Origin: an uncultured Fibrobacterota bacterium
GTDB taxonomy: Bacteria; Fibrobacterota; Chitinivibrionia; Chitinivibrionales; FEN-1185
DNA length: 64,000 bases
Assembly: GCA_963753345.1 (NCBI GenBank)
Contig: CAVWBU010000028.1
Location: 1 to 64,000, forward strand
Reading direction: 5' to 3'
Under the pieces are notes generated by a model. That model made no database searches. It had not been told where the DNA came from and worked only from the letters and a program-made list of their open reading frames with translations. Of the stretch, positions 40,403 through 50,138 are shown piece by piece. The translations under genes and the position numbers were made by a program. Positions within the stretch are counted from its first letter, which is position 1. Each line of letters starts with the position of its first letter.

Positions 40403-40645
40403 ATGCTCACGGTAAAAGCCAATCGGAGAACCGGGACAATCCGCCTGCCGAATGCTTCCCGCGGCTTTCTTGCTCGAGGGAACAAATTTATTTTTTCCCA
40501 AAGCGGCGACACGATACTGCTCAAGCAGATACAGGAAAAACCCTGGCCTGCTGATATCGGCAAATCTCCAAAACCGATGTTGTTGGAAGAAATTGATGCA
40601 ATTGTCCATTCTGTCCGGAAAAAGTATGCAGGCAGAGGCCTTTAG
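40403..40645 (+). CDS. Putative AbrB/MazE-like antitoxin
   Basis: AAGGAG RBS; GTIRLP..GDTILLK swapped-hairpin pattern; lies immediately upstream of a PIN gene. Confidence 0.65.
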   Translation: MLTVKANRRTGTIRLPNASRGFLARGNKFIFSQSGDTILLKQIQEKPWPADIGKSPKPMLLEEIDAIVHSVRKKYAGRGL

Positions 40646-40649
40646 ATAA

Positions 40650-41069
40650 ATGCCTTTTCGCATTGTTCTTGATACCAATGTTGTCATTTCCGGATTACTG
40701 TGGCGGGGAACGCCGCACCAGGTGCTTAAAGCGGTTTACAAGGGCGATTTTATCGCCTTCGCATCAATACCGCTGCTCGATGAGCTGAGCGGGACACTTT
40801 CTACTCTCAAACTAAAAAGGAATCTGATTTCAACTGGATACACGCCGGAAGAATTGAGATCCTTGTACGAATCCTTTACCACTATCGTCGTCCCTGCCCA
40901 TCTCGATGAAATAATCGTTATTGCCGATCCTTCTGATGATATCGTTATACAGACAGCGCTTGCCGCCAGAGCCGATTTTATAATTACGGGCAATCATCAT
41001 CTTCTTGATCTATTATCCTATCGCGGGATATCCATTTTATCACCTTCCCATTTTCTGCGTACTATTTAG
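40650..41069 (+). CDS. PIN-domain toxin (putative TA toxin component)
   Basis: IVLDTNVVISGLL..LDEL..DPSDD..ADFIITGN..ILSP. Confidence 0.9.
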   Translation: MPFRIVLDTNVVISGLLWRGTPHQVLKAVYKGDFIAFASIPLLDELSGTLSTLKLKRNLISTGYTPEELRSLYESFTTIVVPAHLDEIIVIADPSDDIVIQTALAARADFIITGNHHLLDLLSYRGISILSPSHFLRTI

Positions 41070-41267
41070 AGCCTATCCGGGTTTTCTTGAGAAAACCAGC
41101 CGGGGAAGCAACCTGATACGGGTATCTAGCGTCAAGCTCAAGAAGGTGGGGATCGCCGGTGATTATATACTGAACGCCGCCGTCCACTGCAGCCGGTTAA
41201 ACAGGATGAGGGGGAAACGACCCCTCACCTATTTTTTAATCAACGCTATCCGAAGGAACACATGCAC

Positions 41268-41909
41268 ATGAACAAAAACTCAACGATCCTGGCGCTGGGG
41301 TTACTTATTCCAACGCTCACACATGCCCAGGAAACCGCCGCCGATGCCGATTCGCTTCCCGCATCAAACGGTCAAAGCATGCAAACGGCAACAGTGTCAA
41401 CAACAAACAGGAATCCTTCTGCAACAGGAAGCAAGGACACAAGAAATGTGCGATTTACTTTCTCACAGTCCTATGGTTACACGTTCGGACAGTATAATAA
41501 TTCTGTCGGTCCCGTCGCATCGTTTGGTGTAATAGTCAAAGGCAAAGTTTACATTGGCATAGATCCCACGGTCACATGCTTTGAAGCAACGCAAAGCAGT
41601 GAAGAGGGCACCTGCTATCTCATGGGACTCGGGGCCGTCTGCATGGGTGTGTACAAGCCAAATGACATCTTCTTTGTACAGTATGGCGGCACAGCGGGAT
41701 ATTGGTTCGAGCACAGCGGCTACACAGACTCCTTTGGTCAGGAAACCAATAACGACGCCAGGTATTTCGGCGGCACAAAAATGAAAATGGGGATTGGTTA
41801 CAAAAAGGTTTTTGCGGTATTCAGTCTGATAAATCTGATGGGACTTCAGCAAAATGGCGGGTTTGCATATGCTTCGCCGATCACCTTTGGATTGCAGGGT
41901 GTCTTTTAA
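41268..41909 (+). CDS. Exported protein, possible small outer-membrane beta-barrel
   Basis: Signal peptide ending THAQE; beta-strand pattern; terminal ITFGLQGVF. Confidence 0.65.
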   Translation: MNKNSTILALGLLIPTLTHAQETAADADSLPASNGQSMQTATVSTTNRNPSATGSKDTRNVRFTFSQSYGYTFGQYNNSVGPVASFGVIVKGKVYIGIDPTVTCFEATQSSEEGTCYLMGLGAVCMGVYKPNDIFFVQYGGTAGYWFEHSGYTDSFGQETNNDARYFGGTKMKMGIGYKKVFAVFSLINLMGLQQNGGFAYASPITFGLQGVF

Positions 41910-41948
41910 AGGGGAACCGGAACCGTCGCCGGGTTATTAGCGATGTCC

Positions 41949-42914
41949 TTACCAGATGCGAACCATCATTCTCCGGCGCTCCTGCCCGGAAACAAGGGTG
42001 ATGCCATACATTCCGGCCGGAAGGCAGGCTCTTGACAGCAAGACCCGGTGCGCTCCGGCGTCCCCGCGGAACAGGCGCATTTCCCTGCCCGAAACGTTTG
42101 TCACCCTCAGCGTATATGCGGCAGGCACGGAAAATGAAAGTGCAATGCCCTCGGATACCTTCTGCAAAGACCATTTCGGCAGCAACGATGATTGCCGAAG
42201 CTCCGGGGATGTTATGGCGCTTTTTTGGCCTGGCGCATACGCCGCATACAGTTTTTCCATGTCGGAGAGGGGAACGCTGTTAAGGACCACAATATCGGAG
42301 GAGGGTTTGCCGTTAAAGGAGGTGAGGGTGAGCCGGGAAGATATCTGGGTTGTAACCAGCGTCCCGAGCATCGATGAAGCAACGCTTGCGGGCCCGCATT
42401 TTTGAAGATAGACGACAGTGTCCCATTCATTACCGTACTGGTAAGGACCTGCGTGAACCATGGTTTCGGTAAAAAGCGTATCGGTGTTATACAGCACTTT
42501 GTCAAAAGTCACCTCTGAGGTATCGCCGGGAAACATCGAATCCACGACAAAAGGATTTGTAATGATGGAAACCACGGCAAGGTCAAGGTTCCGTAATGAC
42601 GGAGCAGTCAAGGAATCATGTTCCGGTGTTGTCGTGCTCGTTCCTGTGCCCTCGAATACCGGCATTTCCGTAACCGTATTGGTTCCATCGACTATTGTCC
42701 TCACCTGCCCGGACGGAAGAATCGTAATGGTCACAGTGCCGGAACTCTGAGCGTCTCTTATTTCACCCCCTCCCCAAAAAACCGAACTGGTCGAATACGC
42801 ATATTCCCACGTATTCCCCGGCGTCGTATCCGCAAACGGGTGGACATAGGCGCAGTGCGACGCCGTGAAAACCGCCGCTGCAAGGACGATCTGGAGACCG
42901 GTTCGATGGATCAT
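41949..42914 (-). CDS. Secreted protein with T9SS-like CTD
   Basis: GGAGG RBS; signal peptide; PGNTWEY; tail VTNVSGR..LPAGMYGI. Confidence 0.75.
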   Translation of the reverse strand: MIHRTGLQIVLAAAVFTASHCAYVHPFADTTPGNTWEYAYSTSSVFWGGGEIRDAQSSGTVTITILPSGQVRTIVDGTNTVTEMPVFEGTGTSTTTPEHDSLTAPSLRNLDLAVVSIITNPFVVDSMFPGDTSEVTFDKVLYNTDTLFTETMVHAGPYQYGNEWDTVVYLQKCGPASVASSMLGTLVTTQISSRLTLTSFNGKPSSDIVVLNSVPLSDMEKLYAAYAPGQKSAITSPELRQSSLLPKWSLQKVSEGIALSFSVPAAYTLRVTNVSGREMRLFRGDAGAHRVLLSRACLPAGMYGITLVSGQERRRMMVRIW

Positions 42915-43208
42915 GGGTGCACCTCCCTTTTCCTCAAAGACAAATATATCTCCATAGAACCCAGCGCGCAAGGCAAACAGCGAGAAAGCGTTTTCTGCAA
43001 GAAAACTCATCGCCCGCCCATCCGAAAGGGATCTTCTCTTTTCACAAGCCGCTGTCGTCCACGAAAGCACTCTTGACGATCCCCCACCAAGAGAACTTGC
43101 AAGATTCGTTTTGACTTCTTTTTTGGGAGAGGACCATTTTCTGACTTGCATGCATTCCGACACACAGCGCATTTTCATGCTAACAACCAACTACAAAGGA
43201 GCCTTTCC

Positions 43209-43613
43209 ATGAAACCTTCCTTCACCCTTACCGCCACCTTTCCAGTAACTCCGGAAAAGCTCTTTGCGGCCTGGCTGTCGTCAAAGGAGCATTCGGCTTT
43301 TACCGGCTCCCCCGCCAAGTTTTCCCCAAGAATCGGCGGGAAATTTACTGCCTGGGACGGATATATCTCCGGAACTACCGTGAAGCTGGTAAAAAACAAG
43401 AAGATCATCCAGCAGTGGCGCACCACGGAGTTTTCCGACGCCGATCCGGATTCCCTTGTGGAGCTTTCGTTTGAAAAAGTGAAGGCAGGAACGAGGCTGA
43501 CCCTCACCCACAGCGGAATACCGAAGGGACAGGTGTCAAGCTACAAGCTGGGTTGGAATGATTTTTATTTTGCGCCCATGAAAGAATATTTTGCCAAGGC
43601 GGCAAAGGCATGA
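43209..43613 (+). CDS. SRPBCC/AHSA1-like domain protein
   Basis: PEKLFAAWL..GGKFTAWDG..KKIIQQWRT..TRLTLTH..GWNDFYF. Confidence 0.9.
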   Translation: MKPSFTLTATFPVTPEKLFAAWLSSKEHSAFTGSPAKFSPRIGGKFTAWDGYISGTTVKLVKNKKIIQQWRTTEFSDADPDSLVELSFEKVKAGTRLTLTHSGIPKGQVSSYKLGWNDFYFAPMKEYFAKAAKA

Positions 43614-44020
43614 CCATGGTGAACCTCGGCGTGTGCGGCGACAACTGCGACAAGTGTCCCCGTGGCATTGCGACAAAAACCGGGGATGCGGAGCTTCTCG
43701 AGAAAACCCTTTCTCTGTGGATAAAAACAGGCCTGCTGCCGGCCGGCACGCCGGCAATCTCCCTCTACTGCAGCGGCTGCGCAACCACGGGGCAGTGCGC
43801 GTACGACAAACAGCGGGAATGCGCCGCAAGCAAGGGCCTTGACAATTGTGGTTTGTGCGACGACTATCCCTGCGCAATGGTAAATGAATCCTTCAAGCGC
43901 TCCGATGACTTCGCCGCTCAATGCAGAAAAGTCTGCTCGAAGGAAGACTTTGAGCAACTCGAAAAGGCCTTCTTTATGAAGCGGAAGTACCTCGATGAGG
44001 CGCATGGATCTCCGGCTTGA
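43610..44020 (+). CDS. DUF3795-like Cys-rich protein
   Basis: CGDNCDKC, CSGC, CAASKGLDNCGLCDDYPC. Confidence 0.8.
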   Translation: MTMVNLGVCGDNCDKCPRGIATKTGDAELLEKTLSLWIKTGLLPAGTPAISLYCSGCATTGQCAYDKQRECAASKGLDNCGLCDDYPCAMVNESFKRSDDFAAQCRKVCSKEDFEQLEKAFFMKRKYLDEAHGSPA

Positions 44021-44060
44021 GAAGGCGCGTCCGTCAAGAGTGACACTTCCTACTCTAACG

Positions 44061-44095
44061 GAGATTGCTTCGTCACTTCGCTCCTCGCAATGACA
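44061..44095. repeat. REP-like palindrome GAGATTGCTTCG..CTCGCAATGAC
   Basis: GAGATTGCTTCGTCACTTCGCTCCTCGCAATGACA. Confidence 0.65.
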
Positions 44096-44140
44096 CGTTT
44101 ACTTCTATTTTCCACATCCTGCATTCTTCATTCAAAAATG

Positions 44141-44278
44141 TTTCTTGGTGCCCCCACAAGGGAGTTCCATTCTTGCTGCAGACTCCTCTTGGGGGCTACC
44201 CTCGAGGGGGTAGCGGAGGACGCCGCAGGCCTGAAGGCCGAGGAGGCCGCAGCGAGGGGGAGACCTCCCCCACCAGAC
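44141..44278. repeat. Family B structured repeat, copy 3
   Basis: GGTGCCCCC..GGGGGCTACCCTCGAGGGGG..GGGGGAGACCTCCCCC. Confidence 0.8.
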
Positions 44279-44312
44279 TATCTTTTTTTTAAATCTTCTT
44301 TTATAGTATTTG

Positions 44313-45815
44313 TTATTCGCATTCGGCAAGATAATAAACATGCCGTGGGTCAACGAAGTGGTCGAAGATCTCCTCGTTGTGGGAGATCATAAGCAGGGCG
44401 GCTCCCTTTTTTCGGCGGTCGTCAAGGATGGAAAGCACTTTCTTGACGCTCAGGAAGTCGAGTCCGTTGAGCGGTTCGTCGAGGATGAGGAGGTCGGGGT
44501 TGAGCGCGATGCTGCGCAGCAAATTGAGCCGCTGCTTTTGCCCGCCGCTCAGCATCGCGACCTTCTTGGCGAGAAACGCGTCGGTAACGGCTCCCTCGAA
44601 CAGCTCGGCCATCACCGCTAAAAGCCTTTGAGGCGTCATCTTTTCCGGAAGCGGCAGGCCGTTAAACGTTTCCCGCACCGTGGCGGCAAGATCGAGCGAT
44701 TCGTCGGCGTGCTGAAACACCATGCCCGCCCTCCTGCCCCAGACCTTTGTCTCCCACACTTTTTTGGGCGTGCGCGCGTCGAAGTTTGTGCCGCAGAGGT
44801 TCATCGAAAGGTCCTGCGCCGCGTACAGGCCCATAATCACCTTGGCAAGCGTCGTCTTGCCCACGCCGCTCGGGGCCTTTACATACGCCATTTCCCCCTT
44901 GTGAATGGCGAGATTCGCGGGCTGCCGGTGTCCGGCGTCGCGGAACAGGCACAGGTTGCGTCCGAACACCGAGAAGCGCGCGCCGAAATCAAGCACGGCC
45001 GCAGCCGCGTCCGCGCCCCCGGACGCAGGCGGAACCTCTTTGAGCCAGCTCAGGTAGTCCTGGGCGGAAAAATCGACCACTTCCACGGCCGGCGGCGCGG
45101 CGCGGCGCAGCTCCTTGAGGTGAATGCGCCCGAGAAGCGGCCGGTACTTCGCGTACAGCTCGCTTATAATGGAATAATCGTGGGTGATCACCATCGCCGT
45201 AAAGGGACATTGCGCATATTTCTCAAAAAGCAATTCGAGGAACAGGTTGCGGTAGTTGTTGTCGAGGCTGCCGGTCGGTTCGTCGAACACGAAGAAACTT
45301 CGCGCGTTGGCGCCCTTCCCCGCGGCAAGCACGTTGATCTTCTTGAACGCCATGGCCAGCAGCGCGCGCTGCTTCTCCCCGCCGCTGGGACGGTACGGCT
45401 TTGGAAAAATGTCCAGCACGCGGCGGATCGCGCGCTCGTCGGCGTTCCGCCACAGCCTGCCCACGATCTCCCCTTCGTTCCTGCACAGCCGCAGGCTTCC
45501 CTCATTCAGCTGCTCGGAAATTTTCAAAAGGGAATTGAGGTGCGACGAAGGCTCCTGGAACACGAAGAAACTGTCGTCGAGTATCTCGCGGGTCGCCGGA
45601 TCTGCGCAATACGCCGCATACGGCCTGCCGTTCACCATAACGTCGAGCTCGTCCGGGTCGAGCAGGCCGTACACGGCCTTGGCAACCATGGATTTCCCGA
45701 TGCCCGATTCACCGAACAGAAACGTGATCTCGTTGAGCACAACGTCGTAGTTGTCCGTTGTCACAATGGTCCGCTCGCCGGAGCGGATGCTTACGGCATA
45801 GCGCTCGGCGCTCAT
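44313..45815 (-). CDS. ABC transporter ATP-binding protein with two ABC domains (Opp/Dpp-like)
   Basis: GESGIGKS, FQEP, PSGGEKQR, FDEPT; then APSGVGKT, LSGGQKQR, LDEPL. True start is probably MSAERY, coupled to the upstream stop. Confidence 0.9.
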   Translation of the reverse strand: MSAERYAVSIRSGERTIVTTDNYDVVLNEITFLFGESGIGKSMVAKAVYGLLDPDELDVMVNGRPYAAYCADPATREILDDSFFVFQEPSSHLNSLLKISEQLNEGSLRLCRNEGEIVGRLWRNADERAIRRVLDIFPKPYRPSGGEKQRALLAMAFKKINVLAAGKGANARSFFVFDEPTGSLDNNYRNLFLELLFEKYAQCPFTAMVITHDYSIISELYAKYRPLLGRIHLKELRRAAPPAVEVVDFSAQDYLSWLKEVPPASGGADAAAAVLDFGARFSVFGRNLCLFRDAGHRQPANLAIHKGEMAYVKAPSGVGKTTLAKVIMGLYAAQDLSMNLCGTNFDARTPKKVWETKVWGRRAGMVFQHADESLDLAATVRETFNGLPLPEKMTPQRLLAVMAELFEGAVTDAFLAKKVAMLSGGQKQRLNLLRSIALNPDLLILDEPLNGLDFLSVKKVLSILDDRRKKGAALLMISHNEEIFDHFVDPRHVYYLAECE

Positions 45816-46669
45816 AGGTGGTGCCTTTCCGCGTATCCGTTCGCGATATGGTAAATTGACATAAGCGAGAAGACGATCAGAAAGGAGACGGTGAGCCCCA
45901 GAAGGTGTCCGAAAAACAGGTTGTGGGCGTATCCCGGATGCGTGAGGGTGTACCCGATGGCGAGGATGTCCTGCTTGCTGTCTATTTTCGCAAGCAGGCT
46001 CCCCAGGCTCGCGGGCAGCGTCACCGCGTTCACGTCGGAGGACAGCCCCACCGAGATGATGAAGTCCACGCTGCACTGCAGGAATATCGCGGCGCCGAAC
46101 ACCGAGATCAGCTTGTTGAGAACATGGATGCGGCTGTTCTTCCACAGGATGTCGAAGTTGACGACCCGGCCCTCCGAAATCCCGCACACGCGCATCGCGT
46201 TGTAGAAATCGAGCTTCTGAAAGTGCGCGATTCGCTCCCGCATCAGGTCGACAAATTCGATGAACACGAACAGGCTTATGCTCAGGGCAAGCAGCGAGAA
46301 TATCACGATGGGGCTCCGCAACACCCCGGCCTCCACCAGCGCGCTCACCGCCACGTAGCCGAACAGAATGCCCACGACCTGAGGGACGGACCGGATGAGA
46401 TTGAGCAGGAACGTGAGAAGCAGGTACGGCGTCCTGTTTCTCCATGTGTCAAGAAAGTGCAGTGCGAGCGTGACGCCCCACGCCAAAAGCAGCGTGAAGC
46501 CGACCGCCAGAAACGCGACGGCAAACGTGTTGAAGAATCCGGCCGTCACCTGCCGGAAGGCGGGCTTGTTTAAAAACAAAATGTCCCAAACACCAACGCA
46601 TGACATACCGAGGATCCAAATTGCAACCCAACGAAGATCCTTCTTGCGCAAGCACGAGTAGAAATCCAT
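45812..46669 (-). CDS. ABC transporter permease subunit
   Basis: Multiple TMs; LIRSVP; EAA-like FYNAMRVCGISE. Confidence 0.8.
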   Translation of the reverse strand: MDFYSCLRKKDLRWVAIWILGMSCVGVWDILFLNKPAFRQVTAGFFNTFAVAFLAVGFTLLLAWGVTLALHFLDTWRNRTPYLLLTFLLNLIRSVPQVVGILFGYVAVSALVEAGVLRSPIVIFSLLALSISLFVFIEFVDLMRERIAHFQKLDFYNAMRVCGISEGRVVNFDILWKNSRIHVLNKLISVFGAAIFLQCSVDFIISVGLSSDVNAVTLPASLGSLLAKIDSKQDILAIGYTLTHPGYAHNLFFGHLLGLTVSFLIVFSLMSIYHIANGYAERHHL

Positions 46670-46685
46670 GATCTACCGGTCGGCG

Positions 46686-46713
46686 AGTTGACAGTTGGAA
46701 GTTGAGAGTTGAA
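46686..46713. repeat. Heptamer array (AGTTGRN x4), left flank of four-helix-bundle gene
   Basis: AGTTGAC AGTTGGA AGTTGAG AGTTGAA. Confidence 0.8.
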
Positions 46714-46742
46714 TACGCACAAAATGCAAGTCGCATTTGTTC

Positions 46743-47123
46743 CTATCGATCCAGCGGCCTTAAATTCTTGTCTTTAAGCGACGTTGCAAGGCCCTGGAGC
46801 ATTTTTGATATTGTTTTCAAATCATCGCATAGCATTTCCATATTCTGCTTGTTAAGAATGCCAATACTGCCGGAATATTGCAATATATATACCTGTGTCC
46901 TTAGTTCAGCAGCAGATCCCTTCGCGATGAAAATAAACCTTCTGAAATCTGTGTTGCTGTTTCTCTCACTCCCCTCCGCAATATTTGAAGCAATCGAAAC
47001 AGCCGCGCGAAACATTTGGTCCTTAGATCATAATCCTTACAATTCTTCAAGCAAGGAATGAAGATGAACAGCCAGCCTGCAGGCTTTCTTCCATACTTCA
47101 AGGTCTTCAAACGCGGCACTCAA
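46743..47123 (-). pseudogene. Four-helix-bundle protein (23S rRNA IVP / Avd-like), interrupted by two compensating indels near 47025-47050
   Basis: FEDLEVWKKACRL..(KNCKDY in a shifted frame)..KDQMFRAAVSIASNIAEGSER..FIFIAKGSAAELRTQ; in-frame stops between the indels. Confidence 0.8.
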
Positions 47124-47142
47124 GGTTTCAAGCTGCCTTTCC

Positions 47143-47170
47143 TTCAACATCCAACATCCAACTTTCAACA
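47143..47170. repeat. Heptamer array (TYCAACW x4), right flank, inverted relative to the left array
   Basis: TTCAACA TCCAACA TCCAACT TTCAACA. Confidence 0.8.
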
Positions 47171-47174
47171 ATTT

Positions 47175-48239
47175 TTATTTGTTCTCTATCCTCTTCTCCG
47201 CCCTGTTCGCCATAAGATCAACAACAACCTCCGTCCCCTTGACAGTGTAGAATATGCCCAGTATGATGACCAGCACGATGTCGTAGTTCTTGTACAGCAT
47301 CTGCCGCAGCATTTCGTAGCTCAAATGGCCGTGGATGTTGAGCGCCATTTCGATAATGATGAGGCCGGAGATGAGAAAGGACGCCTGTTCCTTGATCGTG
47401 GAAAGGTACTGGTGGCGCGCGTTGGCAAAGATGTGGCCGAACACGTGGCCGTCAAACCGCTTGAACGGCCGCAGGATCGCGCCGTAGCTTATGCCGCCGC
47501 GGGCGTTCGGCGAATAGGAAGAGGCGAGGTTCTTGACAAGCGCGGTCTCCACGTACCCCTTCCTGCTTTCCGCGGTGAGAAACGCGTAGAACTTGTTCGC
47601 GTAGGTCACCAGCAGGCCGTTCGAGATAACGCCGAGCAGCGCCATGAACACCACGGTGTCGGTGTTGAACTCGGTGCGGATGGAATACGCGATAACGTAG
47701 GCCGGCGCGAACAGAACGAAATACGCCGCGGTTTTTCCCACGGCGGCGGCAACGCGCACCACCACCGCTCCGAACGACCGCTTCTTCCCCGCGGATCGCA
47801 GTTTCCTCCTTGTAAACCTGAAGACGGCGAGCGTCTGGACGCCGTAATACGTGAGCACCATCACCGAGGCATACACGAGCACAAACTTTATGTACATGCC
47901 GAGCAGCTGCCAGAGCTTTCCAAAAGAGAGGCGCTCCTCCACGTTTGCCTTCTGCAGCTTCCTGCCGAATTCCTCTTCCTTGTTCGCAAGGATCCGGTCC
48001 ACGGCGGCGTTGTTCTGTTCGAACCGGTCCGGAAAGAAAATGTTCACGGCGTCGCGAAGCAGGGCCTTGTGAAACGCGTTGTCGAAGTCCACAAACGACA
48101 GGTCGCCGTAGGTCTGGGACGCGGCGGATTCCCGTTCCGTCCGGTGGTGCGCAGCCGCGCGGACCATAAACAGGGCGCACAACAGGACCGCGGTCACAAA
48201 GGCGATGCTGAGAACATGCTCGACAAGTTTCCGTTTCAC
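47175..48239 (-). CDS. ABC transporter permease subunit
   Basis: TMs; ESRKGYVETALVKNL (EAA-like); GLIIIEMALNIHG..DIVL resembles an OppB C-terminus; GTG start overlaps the upstream stop. Confidence 0.8.
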   Translation of the reverse strand: MKRKLVEHVLSIAFVTAVLLCALFMVRAAAHHRTERESAASQTYGDLSFVDFDNAFHKALLRDAVNIFFPDRFEQNNAAVDRILANKEEEFGRKLQKANVEERLSFGKLWQLLGMYIKFVLVYASVMVLTYYGVQTLAVFRFTRRKLRSAGKKRSFGAVVVRVAAAVGKTAAYFVLFAPAYVIAYSIRTEFNTDTVVFMALLGVISNGLLVTYANKFYAFLTAESRKGYVETALVKNLASSYSPNARGGISYGAILRPFKRFDGHVFGHIFANARHQYLSTIKEQASFLISGLIIIEMALNIHGHLSYEMLRQMLYKNYDIVLVIILGIFYTVKGTEVVVDLMANRAEKRIENK

Positions 48240-49114
48240 GGCGTCGCCCCGCTTCCCGCCTTCGGCCTCACGAGGATCTCGCCCTTCCCGGCCACGACCT
48301 CGCACTGTTTGCCGATGAGCATGTTTTCAACGTCGCGTACCAGGTACTGCGTGCTTTCGTCAAGCTGCGGCGTGTTCCGGTACGGCAGGTTGAGGGTGCA
48401 GCGGACTTCGCCGCCGCGCGCCTCACATTGCCATACGGGAACGGTCTTCTCCTGGCGGGTCAACGCGTTGAAATGCCCGAAGTATTCCCCGTACGCCGTG
48501 TTCGCTTCGGCAAACCGCCGGACGATCATGTCCGACAGATACCCGGTGAGGCCCTGGGGTTTCTCGGCCGCATGTTCGAGGCGCTTCCATGCGGACTTGG
48601 GCGCGAGCGCGCTCCATGCGTATTCGGGCCGCGTGCCACCGCGCCTCACATAGAAGGAACCGCCGTAGGAGAATATCCTGACTATGCTCTCCCCTTTTGC
48701 AAAAAACGCGCCCCGTGCCGCGGGCGGGTACTGTTGCGAAAAAGGAACCGCCTTGTCTTCCGTGATTTGCACCGTGTCCCCGAGAACGCCGCATTTCCGG
48801 TACGACTGCCGAAACTGCTTCCCCTTGTCGCCCACGAGGTTGCCGGCTTCGTCCTTCTGCAGAAACCACGTTGTTCCGCCGAAAACAAACCGGAGCGCCC
48901 GGGTGATCTGGTCGCCCATCATTTCGTTTTCATTTTCGACCAGAATCGGCGTGTTCTCGACAAAAAGCGCCTTTTCCTGTTCGGAAACCGGCTGCTGGTA
49001 CTGGTTGAGGATCGAATAGGATCCGGGATTGGACAGGATGATGAAATCTGCGTACTTCTGGGAAAATGCGCATGCGACAAGACTGCAGATAAGAAGTGCT
49101 GTACGATTCATCAT
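48236..49114 (-). CDS. Exported hypothetical protein translationally coupled to the ABC permease
   Basis: Signal peptide MMNRTALLICSLVACAFS; GTGA overlap with the permease. Confidence 0.75.
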   Translation of the reverse strand: MMNRTALLICSLVACAFSQKYADFIILSNPGSYSILNQYQQPVSEQEKALFVENTPILVENENEMMGDQITRALRFVFGGTTWFLQKDEAGNLVGDKGKQFRQSYRKCGVLGDTVQITEDKAVPFSQQYPPAARGAFFAKGESIVRIFSYGGSFYVRRGGTRPEYAWSALAPKSAWKRLEHAAEKPQGLTGYLSDMIVRRFAEANTAYGEYFGHFNALTRQEKTVPVWQCEARGGEVRCTLNLPYRNTPQLDESTQYLVRDVENMLIGKQCEVVAGKGEILVRPKAGSGATP

Positions 49115-49252
49115 ACGTTGTTGGGCTGATAATGAGGTTGATTCTTTATGACCGGCCGGGATGCTGTTCCGATCCTCAGCACGGTCTCAAAATACATGGT
49201 TTCCGGCATATTGAGCATGAATTGACATTAGGTAATCATCCGCCATTACGCA

Positions 49253-50104
49253 TCATCCTCTAAGTGACTTTTCTCCGCCGACAAAATCCCTCCCCTTCAT
49301 CCGCTCCCATTCGCGCGCCACGGCCTCCTCGTCGTTTGTCCATTGAGAAACATAGGTGGCCGCGGCCTTGGCCCCGGGAGAGGCGTTCTTCACGGCCACC
49401 GCAATCCGTGCCGCGGTAAACAGCGGAATGTCGTTGTCGGCGTCGCCGAACGCCGCGGCTTCCGAAAGCGGAACGCCGTACTCCTGCGCCAGCACGGCGA
49501 GGCCCTTGCCCTTATCGGCCTCCGGGCTCAGGAATTCGAGGTAGTAGTCCCATGTCCGCACGATGTACAGCTTGTCGCCCCACCGCTTCCGCAGTTCGTA
49601 TTCTTCTTTATCAAGACCGGCCGGGTCGCCCACGAAGATGATCTTGTGCGGCGAGCTGCCGCGCAGGGATTGCAGGGAATCCACCAAACGGTACTGCGAC
49701 GCGGTCTGCGCGTAGTAGAGGTCGTTCCAGCGCGCCGTGCGCCCGTTCCGCACGGTGTACAGCTCGCCGTCGAGGTAATAGTTGACGGCGTAGTCCGCGT
49801 TTTGGGAATGGTCGACCAGGGCGTCGGCGCATGCGGGCGCGAGCGGGGCCGAATACACGAGCCGCCGCAGGCCTTTTTTCGCGCCGGTAAAGACCGCGGC
49901 GCCGTTGAGCGTGAGCAGCGCCGGATCGCACGACAGGCCGGCCGCGTACTGCAGCATGCTCGAGCCGATGCGGCCCGAGGCGAGCACCACCACCGCGCCG
50001 CAGCGGGCCATGTCTTCGAGCGCCGCGACGCTGGCGCGGGAAAGGCGTTTGTCCGAGGTCAGGAGGGTTCCGTCGAGATCGAGGGCGAGGAGTCTGGGGG
50101 GCAT
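49253..50104 (-). CDS. Cof-type HAD-IIB hydrolase
   Basis: ALDLDGTLL, LASGR, LNGA, DKGKGL, FGDADNDIPL. Confidence 0.95.
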   Translation of the reverse strand: MPPRLLALDLDGTLLTSDKRLSRASVAALEDMARCGAVVVLASGRIGSSMLQYAAGLSCDPALLTLNGAAVFTGAKKGLRRLVYSAPLAPACADALVDHSQNADYAVNYYLDGELYTVRNGRTARWNDLYYAQTASQYRLVDSLQSLRGSSPHKIIFVGDPAGLDKEEYELRKRWGDKLYIVRTWDYYLEFLSPEADKGKGLAVLAQEYGVPLSEAAAFGDADNDIPLFTAARIAVAVKNASPGAKAAATYVSQWTNDEEAVAREWERMKGRDFVGGEKSLRG

Positions 50105-50138
50105 GAAGGATCCCGCCGGGAAAAGGTGTTCCCGTATA

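Noticed and set aside
45816-46445. N-terminal extension of the 710-aa ABC ATPase ORF
   Set aside because: Overlaps the permease in another frame; the real start is the coupled ATG at 45815
46743-47123. Possible diversity-generating retroelement because of the Avd-like fold
   Set aside because: No reverse transcriptase and no TR/VR repeat pair seen in the window
47058-48653. 531-aa plus-strand ORF
   Set aside because: Antisense shadow of the permease and the exported protein
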